Below, piece after piece: positions 25,763-38,229 of a DNA stretch of 64,000 nt. This DNA comes from Lama guanicoe (lineage: Eukaryota). Below the pieces are notes generated by a model, which searched no databases, had not been told where the DNA came from, and was given only the letters and a program-made list of their open reading frames with translations. A program made the translations under genes and the position numbers. The first letter of the stretch is position 1. Every line of letters begins with the position of its first letter. The DNA is taken from positions 14,438,373 to 14,502,372 of the forward strand of contig MU053881.1 of NCBI GenBank assembly GCA_013239625.1, written 5' to 3'.

Positions 25763-27049
25763 AACAGCTGGAAGAGGCGGGGCCAGCCATGGGGGACGAT
25801 GCCTCAGGCTCTGACCTCCCCCACCTTGGGTGGAGCCTCCTCTACAGGAAGGCGGTTGCCTTAGTGTCCACATGGGACCTGCCACTGACCAATCCCTGGT
25901 GCCGCCAGGCAACTGCTCCTAGGGAGGGCAGGTGCTGGTAAGGAGCAGCTCCTCCCTCCTCTCTACAGGAAGGAGCAATGCCCCAAGAACATCAGGGCTG
26001 GCAGCCACCGCCCTGCAGGCGCAGCTGCAGGGACAGGAAAAAAAAAAAAGTTGTCAGGAAGAAACCAGCCTCGAAGAATAAAGTATGACCTAGGAATGAA
26101 GCACGACCGACAATTTCCGCAAAAAGCAGCAAGGGGGTGCATTAGAACCCTTTCTAAAAAGCAGATGAAGAGTTTGTATTACCCCAACTGGCAAATTAGG
26201 ATCTGCTTCTAAACTCCTGGCAAGTGAGGGAAGAACGAAGGGATGGCAGCGTAAGTTCCACCACAGGCCGGCCAAGGAACTTCTGGCCCATAGAGCAGCC
26301 CCCTCTTATTGAGGCAGGATCCTGTGCTGGCTGCTTCCTGCAGAGGCAGATCCCGTCAGCAGCATGCCCACTGTAAAGATGCAGCCCCCAGGGCTGCAAG
26401 GCTGCTAAATAGGGAGCAGGACTGGAACCCAGGTGGCCTCAGTCCCTCCCTCTCACTTTCTCCAAACACATCCCAGCTGGACAGGTGGGGACTGGACAGG
26501 ATGCAGTCCAGGTCTTCCTCAGGCCCAGGAAGATCAGTTTCCAGCCACACTAGGCTTCACAAGCACAGACCAATCCCAGGATGATGGGGCTACCAAGTCC
26601 CAGGTAGAATGCTGACACAGGGCTTTGGGTCAGATGCAGATTTCAATTGCTTCTACCAAAAGATGCTTTATTTTAGTAAAATGTCACCTTCCAACTGGTC
26701 TGAGGACCTCAGGTGGAAAACCTATTCTAAAATAGCTCCAAAAGGGTGAATCATGCTGTGGCAGGAACCAACATTTTTAAACAGGACTCAAGAGACCAAT
26801 ACCCCTGGCACAGGCCAGGTAAATATTTCTTGATTAAAAAAAAAAAAAGAGAGAGTAAATAAGTACAAGTCATAGAGCCAGAACCCTGAGGCATTATCAT
26901 TAATATTTTCCGTACTAGGAAATGCTATTTATACTACACTGTTACTAACAAGCAGCAGGAACACTACTAGTAATACTTCTGTTTCAAGCGTGAGGGAAGT
27001 GAAGCTTAGAAATGTGCTTACGAGAAATGACAGAGCTGATGCTCTAAAA

Positions 27050-27560
27050 AGTTGACCACGTGGGATGCTTTTTCCAGAGCCCAAAGAAGGGAGTGAGCAA
27101 GAGGAGGTGGCAGAAAGAGGGTGCTAAGTGTACAGTGACCTCATGGGGAGTACACGGGGCGGGGGCGGGGTGGGATCTGCAGCCATGGCTGATCTGGGAA
27201 TAGACTAAGGCAGGGGGTAACAGAGGGAACAGTCAGGGCAATTCTGTATCTCATGGCTCAGGAAGGGAAGGGGACAGAGCAATAGGGAGACATGGCCAAA
27301 TGCTGGATGTACTTTAGGAGGACATGGACAACACAACATGCCAACAGCTGGATGTGAGTGAGGTGAGAGAGGGTTGCTTCATTTTGTTTTTGCCTGAGCA
27401 ACTGGAAAGATGGGATTAATTTTCTGAGATGGGGAAGGAGCAGATTTGGGGGAAGAAGGTTGGGAGTGGGACAGTTTGGCACGCAGAGAGGCTGAGGAGT
27501 GTCTGCTGACAGGTGGAGGCCTGCACACAGTGCAGCCACCATCTTCAGGCATGGAGAGAA
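27050..27560 (-). mobile_element. L2 internal remnant
   Basis: tggatgtgagtgaggtgagagagg...ttttgcctgagcaactggaaagatgg...ctgagatggggaagg...agatttggggg. Confidence 0.65.
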
Positions 27561-29870
27561 GGGCCTGTGAAGCAACGAGCACAGAGCTGAGTGACGACGG
27601 TTTCCAGATGCCAACCTCACTAGCCACTGGCCAAGCTCCACTCTCGACACACAGGCAGACAGCTCCATCAGGCCTGCAGCCAGGTGCCTACTGCCAGAGT
27701 ACCCCCAAACAGGGCTCAGTGCCACCTCTCTGCACGGTCTCCCCAGGCCCAGGAACCCCAACTACCCTACCCAAGATAGTGGCCTGAGGAGGCTCCCAAA
27801 ACTGAGTCCCTGATCTGCACACCCTCCAGGGCTTCCCATGTTCTCAAAAGTCAAATCCAGGCACCTGGGGAGAGGTGAAGGAGAGAATGCACAGGCTGTA
27901 TTTTGGTGCCAGCAGCCCTCAGTCTTCCCTTCCACAACAGAGACCAGACCTCACTGCTCACGCCTGAGCTACTTCCTGATGCATATCTCTGAGGGACAGT
28001 GGCAGGGATATAGCAGCTGTGCTCTGGAAAGAACTCACACCAAAAACACCAGTTCTCAAGTTTTAAACGTCAAATCTCGTTAAGGCCGAGCATAAGGAAA
28101 GCAATTTAACTTGGGAATTAAAAAGCTGATCCCAACAGCCAGATCCTACCAGCAAACATAGCAGAGAACAGAGGCTGGACTTCAGGGAGCAACAGACAGG
28201 GGAACTTGTCACTCTCGGAGTCTCAGTTTCTCCATCCCTACCTCACAGATGGGCTATGTGAAAAGACAAGAGTGACATTAGTAACAACTTGACTGAAAAA
28301 ATCAAGTTGCAGAATGGTAGGAAACCAGTCATACACATGGTTTTAAAATGCTTATAACCTGCAGGAAAAAAAACTGAAAGTTCGCTAAAATCGAAACTGA
28401 AAGAAACTGGACTAAAATCCACAACACTCATCTCTGTAGAGTGGATTATTAAGAAACTTTCACTGTCTGTATTAAGCCTTTCTGCATTAAATTATTTCCC
28501 TTAAAAGTGACTCTCAGTTTCTTTGTATTCAAAGAAAACCAAGATAAAAAAGAAAGCTAGATAAAACAACACTCCCACCTACAGAGGCCGAGAAATGAAA
28601 GAACAAGTGTTATGGGGAAGGAGTGAGGGAGGAAGGCCCTGCAGGGGAGGGAGGCCCCCTAGGCCTGGTCAGAAGGTAGCAGGGATGTAGGGAGGACACT
28701 TGGCCAGCTCCTCCAACAGGCAAAACAGGAACACAAGACGAACTGTAACCTCCGGTGGACTGAGAGGGGATGCCACTGTCACTTTCCCATTTGCTACTGG
28801 CAAATGTTCACGTAGCTTAAAAGTCCCCCTTCCATGTCACTTGCTACAGTGACTCTTGAGCCCTAAGCAGTAAACCCAAGCCCCTCAGCTCATCTCCACA
28901 GCCCACCTTCTACCTGGGCTACTAGCTGTCCTAAGTGGCCATCAGGCCACAGCATCAGTGTAGGCTCACTCTGAGAGGGCCTACAGCCCACAGCAACAAC
29001 CACCCCCATATAACTCAAGGGCTTCATCTCTTCTCCCAGCTCGATGTTAAACTCTTCCACAGCAGAAGCTTTTTCCCTTTTATCTTCATTTAGAGTGGGA
29101 AGCAAACAGTACATGTTCAGTACATGCTACTGAGTAAAAACCACATTTCTATAAATTAGCCTCATGAAGTTTGATTCCTGAGGTTGTCCGACAAGGCAAA
29201 AATGTAGCAAACAAGTCAAGTGCTTTCATTAAAACTTCTGAATTCTAATTTTCTGGAAGGCACGTATACTGACATGGAGCCTCACAGATTGAGGCCAAGA
29301 TGGAAATCCAGAGAGACAGTCCAGACAGAGAAATAGCCGAGGCCAAGCCACCAAGCAGTGAGAGTCTCAGGCAGAGAAAGGGAGGCCACAGTGAGTCCTG
29401 TGCTAAAGGTTTGGGTTCTGAACGCTTAGCTGTCTGAAAACTTAAGATGCTCCAGAAATACAAGTGTTTTCTCTCTTGTACATCATCAGGAGGGCCCCTG
29501 GGTCAGCCTTCTGGCCTTCAACGACCTGGACTGAGAAGATGAGAGGGATAGACTCTCCCTGCAGCAGTCCTGTGACCTCAGTGGGAACAGGCCACATCCA
29601 TACATGCAGGGGCAGGGGAACAGCTGCCATTCATCCACAGCCTCTGTGAGTAGAAGACCAGCCTGTCATCGTGGGGAAATCCACATCCAGCTGGGCCTGG
29701 AACCCAAGTGAACATTCCTCTTTCTACCTGGCATTCTTATAAGCTGCCTACTATGGAATGTTCCACTGTACAATCTAAAGGCCTTTTGTTAATCATGTTT
29801 AAATTGTCTGTTTTCACCTGGATACACAAGCTTGTGCTGGGGCTAAAATGACACTTGCAAGGGGAGGAAG

Positions 29871-29894
29871 ACAGAACAGAACAGAACAGAACAG
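29871..29894 (+). repeat. (ACAGA)n microsatellite
   Basis: acagaacagaacagaacagaacag. Confidence 0.85.
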
Positions 29895-30069
29895 TTGTCC
29901 TCAAATGCCTCCACGGCAGCCTCACCTCAGAGGTGACTTGTCCTGCCAGTGGCTGTAGGAGCACTCATGGTGAGGCCTGGCCAGGGAAGACCTCTGGAAC
30001 CGAAAGGAATGAGCCCCCTGTCTTCAGATGTCACTACCACCCACAAGGTAACAATAGGCCATGTGACAG

Positions 30070-30168
30070 CATGGCCATACCATCAATGTTCCTGGTGTAT
30101 CCCCAGCTCCAAGAGTGCCAGCCACACAGTAGGTGCACCTCAAAACATCTGATAAATGAACAAATGTA
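30070..30168 (+). mobile_element. L2 3' tail
   Basis: tgtatccccagc...agtgccagccacacagtaggtgc...aaatgaacaaatg. Confidence 0.6.
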
Positions 30169-30324
30169 GGTTTTACAGAGAGACGCTCAGGGGATTGGGG
30201 AGGGGGCAGAGGGACACGGATCAGACACCTCAGGTTCCCATTCAACACTGAGATCCTCAGATCTCAATCCAAGTTTAATGCTCCTCTGTTGTCAACAAAT
30301 GCAGGGTCTTCTTTTACAGACAAA

Positions 30325-30500
30325 ATACCTAATACTGACAGAGCATTTACCCAACATGGATAATCTCAGGTAATCCTCACAACCACCTGCAAGGTGAGTG
30401 CTACCATCAGCCCATTTTACAGGTAGGGAAACTGAGGCAGATGAAGGTCATACAGCAAGTGGATGGGACAGTGCCGGGAACTGAAGCCAATGCCCCTTCA
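30325..30500 (-). mobile_element. MIR
   Basis: taatcctcacaaccacctgcaagg...cccattttacaggtagggaaactgaggcag. Confidence 0.8.
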
Positions 30501-30685
30501 GACAGTGCCCATTGAAACACTCTGTCAATTATCTAGAGTCAATTATCTAGAAGCTCCTCATAAGGAGGAAGTTGAGCTTAACTTCTTGCTCTGGCTCCAC
30601 GGGGTCCAGACGAGATATTAAATGTATACACCTTTATTGGGCGTTACGAGTAGGACCACACCTTTCGCTGTTTGCTTTCAAAGTA

Positions 30686-31431
30686 CAGTTAAGTTCTGCT
30701 GGAGCACAACATATGCACTCCTAAAAATTGCCACATGGTACAAAATCAAGCAGTAAAAACACAGGGTTTGTGGGAACAATGGGATTAGGGCACAATACTC
30801 CAAAACTTCAGTGACATAAAGGCAGGAAACTGATTTTAAAATGGTAGCTTGTTAAACAGCTAATAAATACACAAATACTGCCTAAAGCCTGATGCCTCAC
30901 CTGGGGGAAGTCCTGGTGTTTGCTATGACTGGGTGGGGTGCAGTTTCTGAGTTACTATGATATGCTGGAAGGAGGCTGTCTGACCCCAGAAGGGGATGGG
31001 TGTGGCTCAACAGGCTTTATACACATCTGACATGTATTTTGACTTGGGGTTACCGGCAGGTACTCTTTTAGCTGGGAGCAGTTTTCTGGATTTACCTAGT
31101 ACAGGAGTCAGCAAACTCTTTCTTAAAAGGACACAATAAATATTTTCAGCTGTCCAGGCCATTCAGTCTCTGCCCTAATTACTTAAGCTCTGCAACTGTG
31201 ACAGTATGTTCTCAAATGGGCATGGCTGTGTCCTAATCAAACTTTATTTACCCAAACAGGCGACCAGCCTGCAGGCCACAGCTTCCCAACCCCTAGACTA
31301 GCATTTCTCCTGGACAAAATCACACATAACCAAACATAACGTGTGTGTTATGCTCCAAATGTGCCCTAATACATCAATAGTGTTGGAACAAATCTGTTTT
31401 TCTAAAACAAGCATTATAGCAAAACTGACTA
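30686..31431 (+). mobile_element. TcMar-Tigger non-autonomous element (Tigger13a-like) with both TIRs
   Basis: Left TA|CAGTTAAGTTCTGCT and right TATAGCAAAACTGACT form imperfect inverted ends. The internal sequence resembles the recalled Tigger13a consensus. Confidence 0.65.
31102..31295 (-). mobile_element. MER58A-like hAT MITE nested in the Tigger element
   Basis: caggagtcagcaaact...atgggcatggctgtgtcctaatcaaactttattt...aacccct; degenerate 8-bp TSD acctagta/gactagca. Confidence 0.8.
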
Positions 31432-34093
31432 CAGAGAAAAATCAGTTTCAAAAAAAAAAAAAAAAGGATGTGAATGTGTAAATTCAATCCAAGCCCAGGA
31501 CTCAAGGTTAACCCCTTTATAAGTCAGAAGAAATTTAGTTCAGAAAGTACTGAGTGCAGACTGCATACTGTAGGGTCAGTCTGTCCCACTACACGGGTCA
31601 GTTTTATACCATCCTAAAAATTCTACACACTCTCAAGATAAATAGGTCCCTAGTAGAAGGAAATTGTATTTCATACATTACTGCAGTGTATGAAACTTTA
31701 ACCCAGTTAGACAGAAACAAGCGGTTCCTCAGTTTACGTGCCTGAGCATCAGACCAAAACTCTAAGGAAAAGCACAGGGGCTGAGAAGGATATGACTAGG
31801 GGGAGGAGGGTTGAGGCAGGAAGGAGAGTGTGAATCAAGCACACTGGGGCTGAGTTGCTGAAGACTTGGGGGCGCGTGGGAAGAGCCACAGGGCCAGACT
31901 TTTCCAAGTAACCAGGACTCACCCCTGCCCTTGAGGGCTGGGGAGGGGGAAGGGGGGATCCAAGAGGACACAGGTCCACACCACACTGCCCCCAACTATC
32001 CCACTCCAGGGCAGGTGGGCAGTGCTGTCACAGTCCTGCACCTTACATCCTGAACCTTGGTGCATTCTGCCTGCAACTGTAGCTCCACAACTCAGCCCCA
32101 GCCTGGGAACACCAGGAGAACCTTGGGAACCTGACTGGGGCTTACCCTCCACCCGATCAGCACCTTGGTCCTTCAATTCTCCTAACCTTTACGTGAACAC
32201 TGGGCCTGACTGGTGGGTACATCGTTTCACCCCCAACCTGGCGGCATCCTGTCCATCTCACACTGGGGCTCCCTGGACCTGGGGACTTGATACAGGTTTT
32301 CTGAGCCTTCTGTCTAGTGTTACAAGAAGCCAATGCTGCTCACCAGGTAGACAGTCACTTTACAAAAATGAAAGACATGACCAACAAATTCTTCTGACTT
32401 GCTGAAGGGGCTCACTTGCTCTTTCAAAGGCTTCTCACAAGGTGGGCAATCTTACCACTGGCCTCTAATGGTGGTCAGTGGTGCCTGCGCTCTGGGTAGA
32501 CTGGAGCAGTTAAGAAGGGAGTAAAAGAAATGAGGAGCATCTGACTCCACTTGACGGATATCCTATTGACAGAGGATGGACACAGGAAACCAGGGTGACA
32601 AACACCACCCTATTCCCCCAAAATGCAGCACACCAGGCTAGATGACCACCAAGCAAATCCCACACAAATACACACGTGTGCACACCCACACTCATGCCTA
32701 GACAAGTGTACCCAAACATACATGCACACTACACACACTCACGTGTGCAGTTTTCACCCCCTCCTCCCACTTCTGAATTTTGTCCAATTATCTCAGAAAA
32801 GATCTTTCTTCTCTGTTCATTCATGAGCAAAAGAACAGCAGTTCTTTTGGGTGATCAGTGTCCACTCAGCTCCTGATCCAACTGTCTCAAGAAGGAAAAC
32901 CATTAAGTATGGAAATGCGATTAGACACAGCGACCAGAATCACCAACTTCTAAAGTATGTGCAAGCGCCCAGAGCCCTGCAGGGCCTTGTGTGGATCTCG
33001 ATCCCTGCACACCTCTGCCACTCCAACCCACACTTCCTCCAAGACAAACAATTCACACCTGGGTGGAGCAGCAGAGCGTTTTAAAATCACTAGCACTGCA
33101 ACCATGCTCATTTCTACTACTTTGTGCACACAGTAATTTAAGTTTCCAGAGAAGGCAAAAGAACTGACTTCTGTTTACTGTTGTTTATCTGAGTGATATG
33201 CGAACCCAGAAGGGAATTTCTACAGCACCAAGATATCTGGCCAGTAACTAATGACCAGGGACACCCCTTCTGGTTCACAGTCTGTCTGGCCCAGGATGTG
33301 GATGCCAAAAGGCTCCAAATACTGATTCTGTGCCAGATGGTGACTTTCAAGAGGCCAGTGACACTGGGGTACCACCTCTGTAGAGGGCAAGAGCAGCAGC
33401 TTGGAGTCCCCCACTTTCATGGGAGCATAGATGTAAGGGCTATGAAATATGGGTGCCAATAGCCATTTTGTTACAACACTGGAAAAGGAATCCACCCTGC
33501 TGGTCCACAGAGGAGGGGAAGAATCTGAAAATGCTTCATTTGAGCTGAGCCCCAAGAGTAGAATCTGGATTTGCAGAGATGGAAGAAGGAAAGAGAAATG
33601 GTAGCCGAAAAGGTGAAGTGGCAGAAATATACAGGCACGTGAAAACCCATTTCCAAGAAAAGTAAACGAAATCAAATAAAAGATCAAAACATGAACAGCT
33701 TTTACATGGAATGAGGTCATTTACAAAAAAAAAAAATCCCCACCTTATAGAGAAGCCATTTACATTCAGTGTGAGAAGCCAGCAGTGACGACTGGGCCTC
33801 CCACAGGCTTTCCTGGGCTCTAGGTGCCCCTAGAGAAAGTGTAGATCCCGTCTGGGGAAGATGGTGTACAGGGTATGTTTTTATCTTCCCCCAGACACAG
33901 GTAATTTCCTAAAAACTTCTGAAAACAGGAACACTGCTGACCAGACAGGCCACGCAAATCCCACTCCACTCCTTCTATACCTCAGCCCCATGCCCTGGCT
34001 TCCGAGTGCCCCTTCCCAGTGACATGAGATGAAAGCCTGCCTGCATCTCCAAATCAAGCACACCGTAGGACGAAGTACACCTAAACTGAAAAC

Positions 34094-34150
34094 TTTTTTT
34101 TAAACTTTTTTTTATTGAGTTATAGTTATTTTACAATGTGTCAAATTCAA
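34094..34150 (-). mobile_element. Very short lineage-specific L1 3' tail
   Basis: tttttttattgagttatagttattttacaatgtgtcaaatt is the reverse complement of the type of L1 end seen at 58000-58040. Confidence 0.65.
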
Positions 34151-35364
34151 AATTGATAATGTTTTAAGAAGCAGAGAGATCAGTACCAAGTGTTTTTAAA
34201 ACTGTTGACAGCAACCCAGGCTCACCCTGGAGATGAGGACTTGGATTTTGTGTTTAACGCTCTCAGAAGTGGTCAGTAAGCACCCAACGCTGCCCACCTT
34301 TAAGTGGCCCCACATGGGTGACTGAGCCTCTGATGGCCAAGGCCTGTGCCCAAAGCCCAACCCCTGCAGCCCCAGAGAGAGAAACAGATGCTACTAGAGG
34401 AGTACATAACACAGAAATAAGGTGCCACCTATGGAGGGGAATCTGAACAATATTAAATGTCCATAGGGAAATGGTGATCATTTATACCCTCTGGTACAGG
34501 GTATCACTGTAAGAGATAGCTGCCTGAGTTTCCCTCCCAGTCCTCTGTCCCCTTCCAACTGCCTCCCAGGCTGAGTCCCCTCAGCCCACAAAGGGTTACA
34601 CCTGCCATTTCCACGCCATCTGCAATATGCCTATCGGGTGTCACATCACAAAATGAGAGTCCTTAACCCTTCCAGGGCTGACTCCCTCAGGGCCTGGCCA
34701 AGGTGCAGCCCTGACCACCAGCTCCATTAAGCTGGAATGGCAGCGAGGTTTTGCACAGAAAATTCCAGAAAGGGTCTGAAGAGCCTTCTCTACTCCTGAG
34801 AGGAAACGTGAGTGGAAAGTGGGAGAGCCAAGTGTGCATCTGTTGTCATTTTCATCAGGACGCCCAGCAATGTGGTGACGCCATCGCCTGGAGGCCCTGC
34901 CTGGGCTCCACTGTCAAGCTCCTCCCTGCACACGTCCTGCAGCGTCCTGCAGTGGCTGAGCCGCCCCAAAAGGATCAGAGCCAGCAGGGAAACCTACTTC
35001 TAGAACGAAAGTAAGTTTCTGGTCTCAATGAAGCCCATGGGCCTAAGAAACATTTCCTACCGATGAACAGTTCTCACAACACTTCCTGCACAGCTGTAAG
35101 AGCTGGAACAGAAATCCTACTTCTCTCCTCCACCCTGGAAGTGGGAATCTACCCCTTGGGCAGGGGGCTGGTTCTGGGTATAGACACCTACACCAAGCTC
35201 CAGGGAATAGCAGAGCTGACCTAAAGCGTATCACATTAGTGGTATTAGTGGTCATTTTATAAACCATGCTACTCTCAAGGTAAAAGCAAGGCCTCACCTC
35301 AGCCAAGGTCCTGCCAGCCTCTCTGACCAGTCTACTGCCACCTGCCCCTCCCCCTCCCTCCACC

Positions 35365-35740
35365 AACCCCATTCTCTCAGCTCTGGCCATACTGACATTC
35401 CAGCTGCTCCTCTGAAAGCCAAGTTCACTCCCATCTCAGGGCCTTTATACTTCCTGCTCCCTCTACCTTAAACGTCTTCTCCCAGGCCTCATATACCACT
35501 CTCTTTCTTTCAAGTTTCAGCTGAGACAACAAAGTGACATTATCTCCCCTCCACGCATGGCCCTCGATGGGGCTCTATCCCCCTTTCTTCTTCATCACCA
35601 CTTTACATTTTATCTATTTACTCATCTATCTGTTTATGTATCCCTCCACCCCCCACAAGAATAGGGAATAATTCCTTGTTCAGTGCTGCCATCCCAGGGC
35701 CCAGGGCAGAATAGATGTTCAATACATATTTGTTAATACA
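35365..35740 (+). mobile_element. L2 3' region
   Basis: ctcagggcctttatacttcctgctccctctacc...ttgttcagtgctg...gttcaatacatatttgtt. Confidence 0.7.
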
Positions 35741-35849
35741 GATGAGAAAAAGTACTTTCAGAACTCCGAACTATCACACTCCCCTTCCTGGTTAAATAAG
35801 GCAAGACGTCTTCATGTCAATAGAAAATATAATGATCAAAACCAAACAA

Positions 35850-36905
35850 AACCCTTACTTCATATCATATACAAAAATTAACTCAAAATGGGTCAAAGAC
35901 CTAAATATTAAAAGTGAAACCTAGAAAGCTCCTAGAATAAAATATAAAGGTAAATCATGATCTTCACTCTGGCAATAGATTCTTAGATATGGCACCAAAA
36001 GCCCAGTACCAACAAAAGAAAAAAGATAAATTGGACCTCATCAAAATTAAATTCCTTTGTGCAAGAGATTGAAAAAACTCACAGGATGTGAAAAAATATT
36101 TGAAATCCTATCTTTGATAAGGGTCTGGTGTCCAGAACATATAAAGAACTCTTATAACTTAACAACAAACCCAATTCAAAAAACGGGCAAAGGCCCTGAA
36201 AAGACATTTCTCTAAAGAAGATACACAAATGGCCAATAAATAATGAAAAGATGTTCAGAATCATTAGTCATCAGGGAAGTGCAAATTAAAACCACAATGA
36301 GATACCACCTCACACCCACTAGGATAGCTATTAAATTCTACTCCTAGGTATATGTCCAAGAGATGTGCATTTATTCAAACAAAAACTTGTACACAAAAAC
36401 TTGTACACAAACAAACTTGTTAAAAAGCAGCACTATTCACAATAGCCAACAAGTAAGAACAACCCAAATGTCCATCAATAGGTGAATGGACAAACAAAAT
36501 GTGTTATATCCATACAATGGACTATAACTTAGTCACAGAAAGTAATAAATTCCTGACTCACGTCACAATGCAGATAAACTGAAGATATGCTAAGTGAAAG
36601 AAGCCAAACACAAAAGGCCATATTATATATGATTCCATTTATCTGAGATGCTCAGAACCAGGCAAATCCATAGACAGAAAGTAGATTAGTGGCTGCTAGG
36701 GCCCTGGGGGGCAAAGAAGTGGGGGAGTTGGGGAGTACAGGCTAATAGGTACAGGTTTCCCTTTGGGGTGATGAAAATGTTCTAGAGTTAGAGGTGATGG
36801 CTGCACAATATTGTGACTATATTAAATGCCAATGAACTTATACTTCAAATTGGTTAAAATGGTGAATTTTATGTTATGTGGATTTTACCTTAGTTTTTTT
36901 TTAAG
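35850..36905 (+). mobile_element. L1 (L1MB-like) ORF2 end plus 3'UTR, internally deleted
   Basis: acaaaaattaactcaaaatgg, aaaccacaatgagataccacctcacacccactagga, ggggtgatgaaaatgttctagag, ggtgaattttatgttatg. Confidence 0.9.
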
Positions 36906-38229
36906 CAGGAAAATAAAAACAAAACAATCTTAACCCCAAGAGCCATAACCTATCTACAGTTATTAAACTACTAAAAGGCAAAAGGAGGTTTACTATGACC
37001 CCAAGAACACAGAATAGTCCTCAAGGAAAGACTTCTCAGTGTAACAAGATCCCAAACAACTGAAGAGCCATTGTCCACTTGGGTGCAGTCCCTCCACAGG
37101 CAACAACCATCAATTTTGCACAGCAACTAAGGGGGCCAGAGAGCAAGCCCACTGTATAGATGGGAGTGTGACCACATGGGACACAAATGGGGCAATTTAC
37201 CAACAGGAAGCCAACTTGGAGAGAGGACAAGATGTCTGATGGTTGGGGTCACATGGGTCACCACCATAGAGCAGGATTCAAGTCAGGCCTGTCACAGGCT
37301 TCACACTGGGACTGTGCCAAACACCTCAATCTCACAAGTATTTCACTCATTCATTTCATCCCAACACGTGCTTAGCTTCTCCCAGGGACCAGGGGCTGAT
37401 TGCGCCCCAAGGAAACCCTTGGGGGTTCCAACGAAAGGCTCTCACCCTGCTATGGGTGAGCAGCACAGCCCAAGGAAGCCCTTGGGGAGACACACACAGA
37501 TGTGTAGGGTGGGCAGTGGCACAAAGCAAGCAGAGACATGGGACTTAGGTCCCTCCCAAACTGGGAGTTGCAGTAATCCCTAGATTACACATAAGGATCA
37601 AACTTGTAAAACACTACTTTTTATAAAACAAAGTCATGTTGAAGACCAACTACCTACCTACTTTATTCATTATTCACTCTTAATTGGCTACAGCTGCTAT
37701 GGATATACACCAATGGAGAGGTGAGACTGATTTTTAATCAATATAATTTATGTCAGAGAACAACTTATGGGATGTTACTGCATCAGGGTATTGAAGTGAA
37801 GAAACACATGTGGTGATAAGATGCATTCTAGGTACCTGCGGGGGGTGAGACTCAAAGAACAGAAGGTGCCATTGGCATCACAGTACATCCATCGGGTCAA
37901 AACCAGAATACCTGGTTCGCCTTCATGCACCTCAGCTTCTTCCCCTGTGAAATGGGAACAGCATTCACTGTATCACTAAAATTTTCCAAGGGCTCCAGGA
38001 AGGGCACTGTGAGTGCTGTTTTTACAGAAAATAAGGATGCTGTAATGGGAGGCTGGCCCACCTGACAGGCTACTGGTCAAAGACCTCCACAGCCATTCTA
38101 GAATCTCTGCTGAAGGTTTTCTGCTTGAACTTAAACTAGCCACAAGTGGCCACCACCCTCACTTTTGTAAACAGGTGTTTCCCCTGATCTGGGTGGCATG
38201 CATCATAAAGCCCCCTGAGGGTCAAACCC

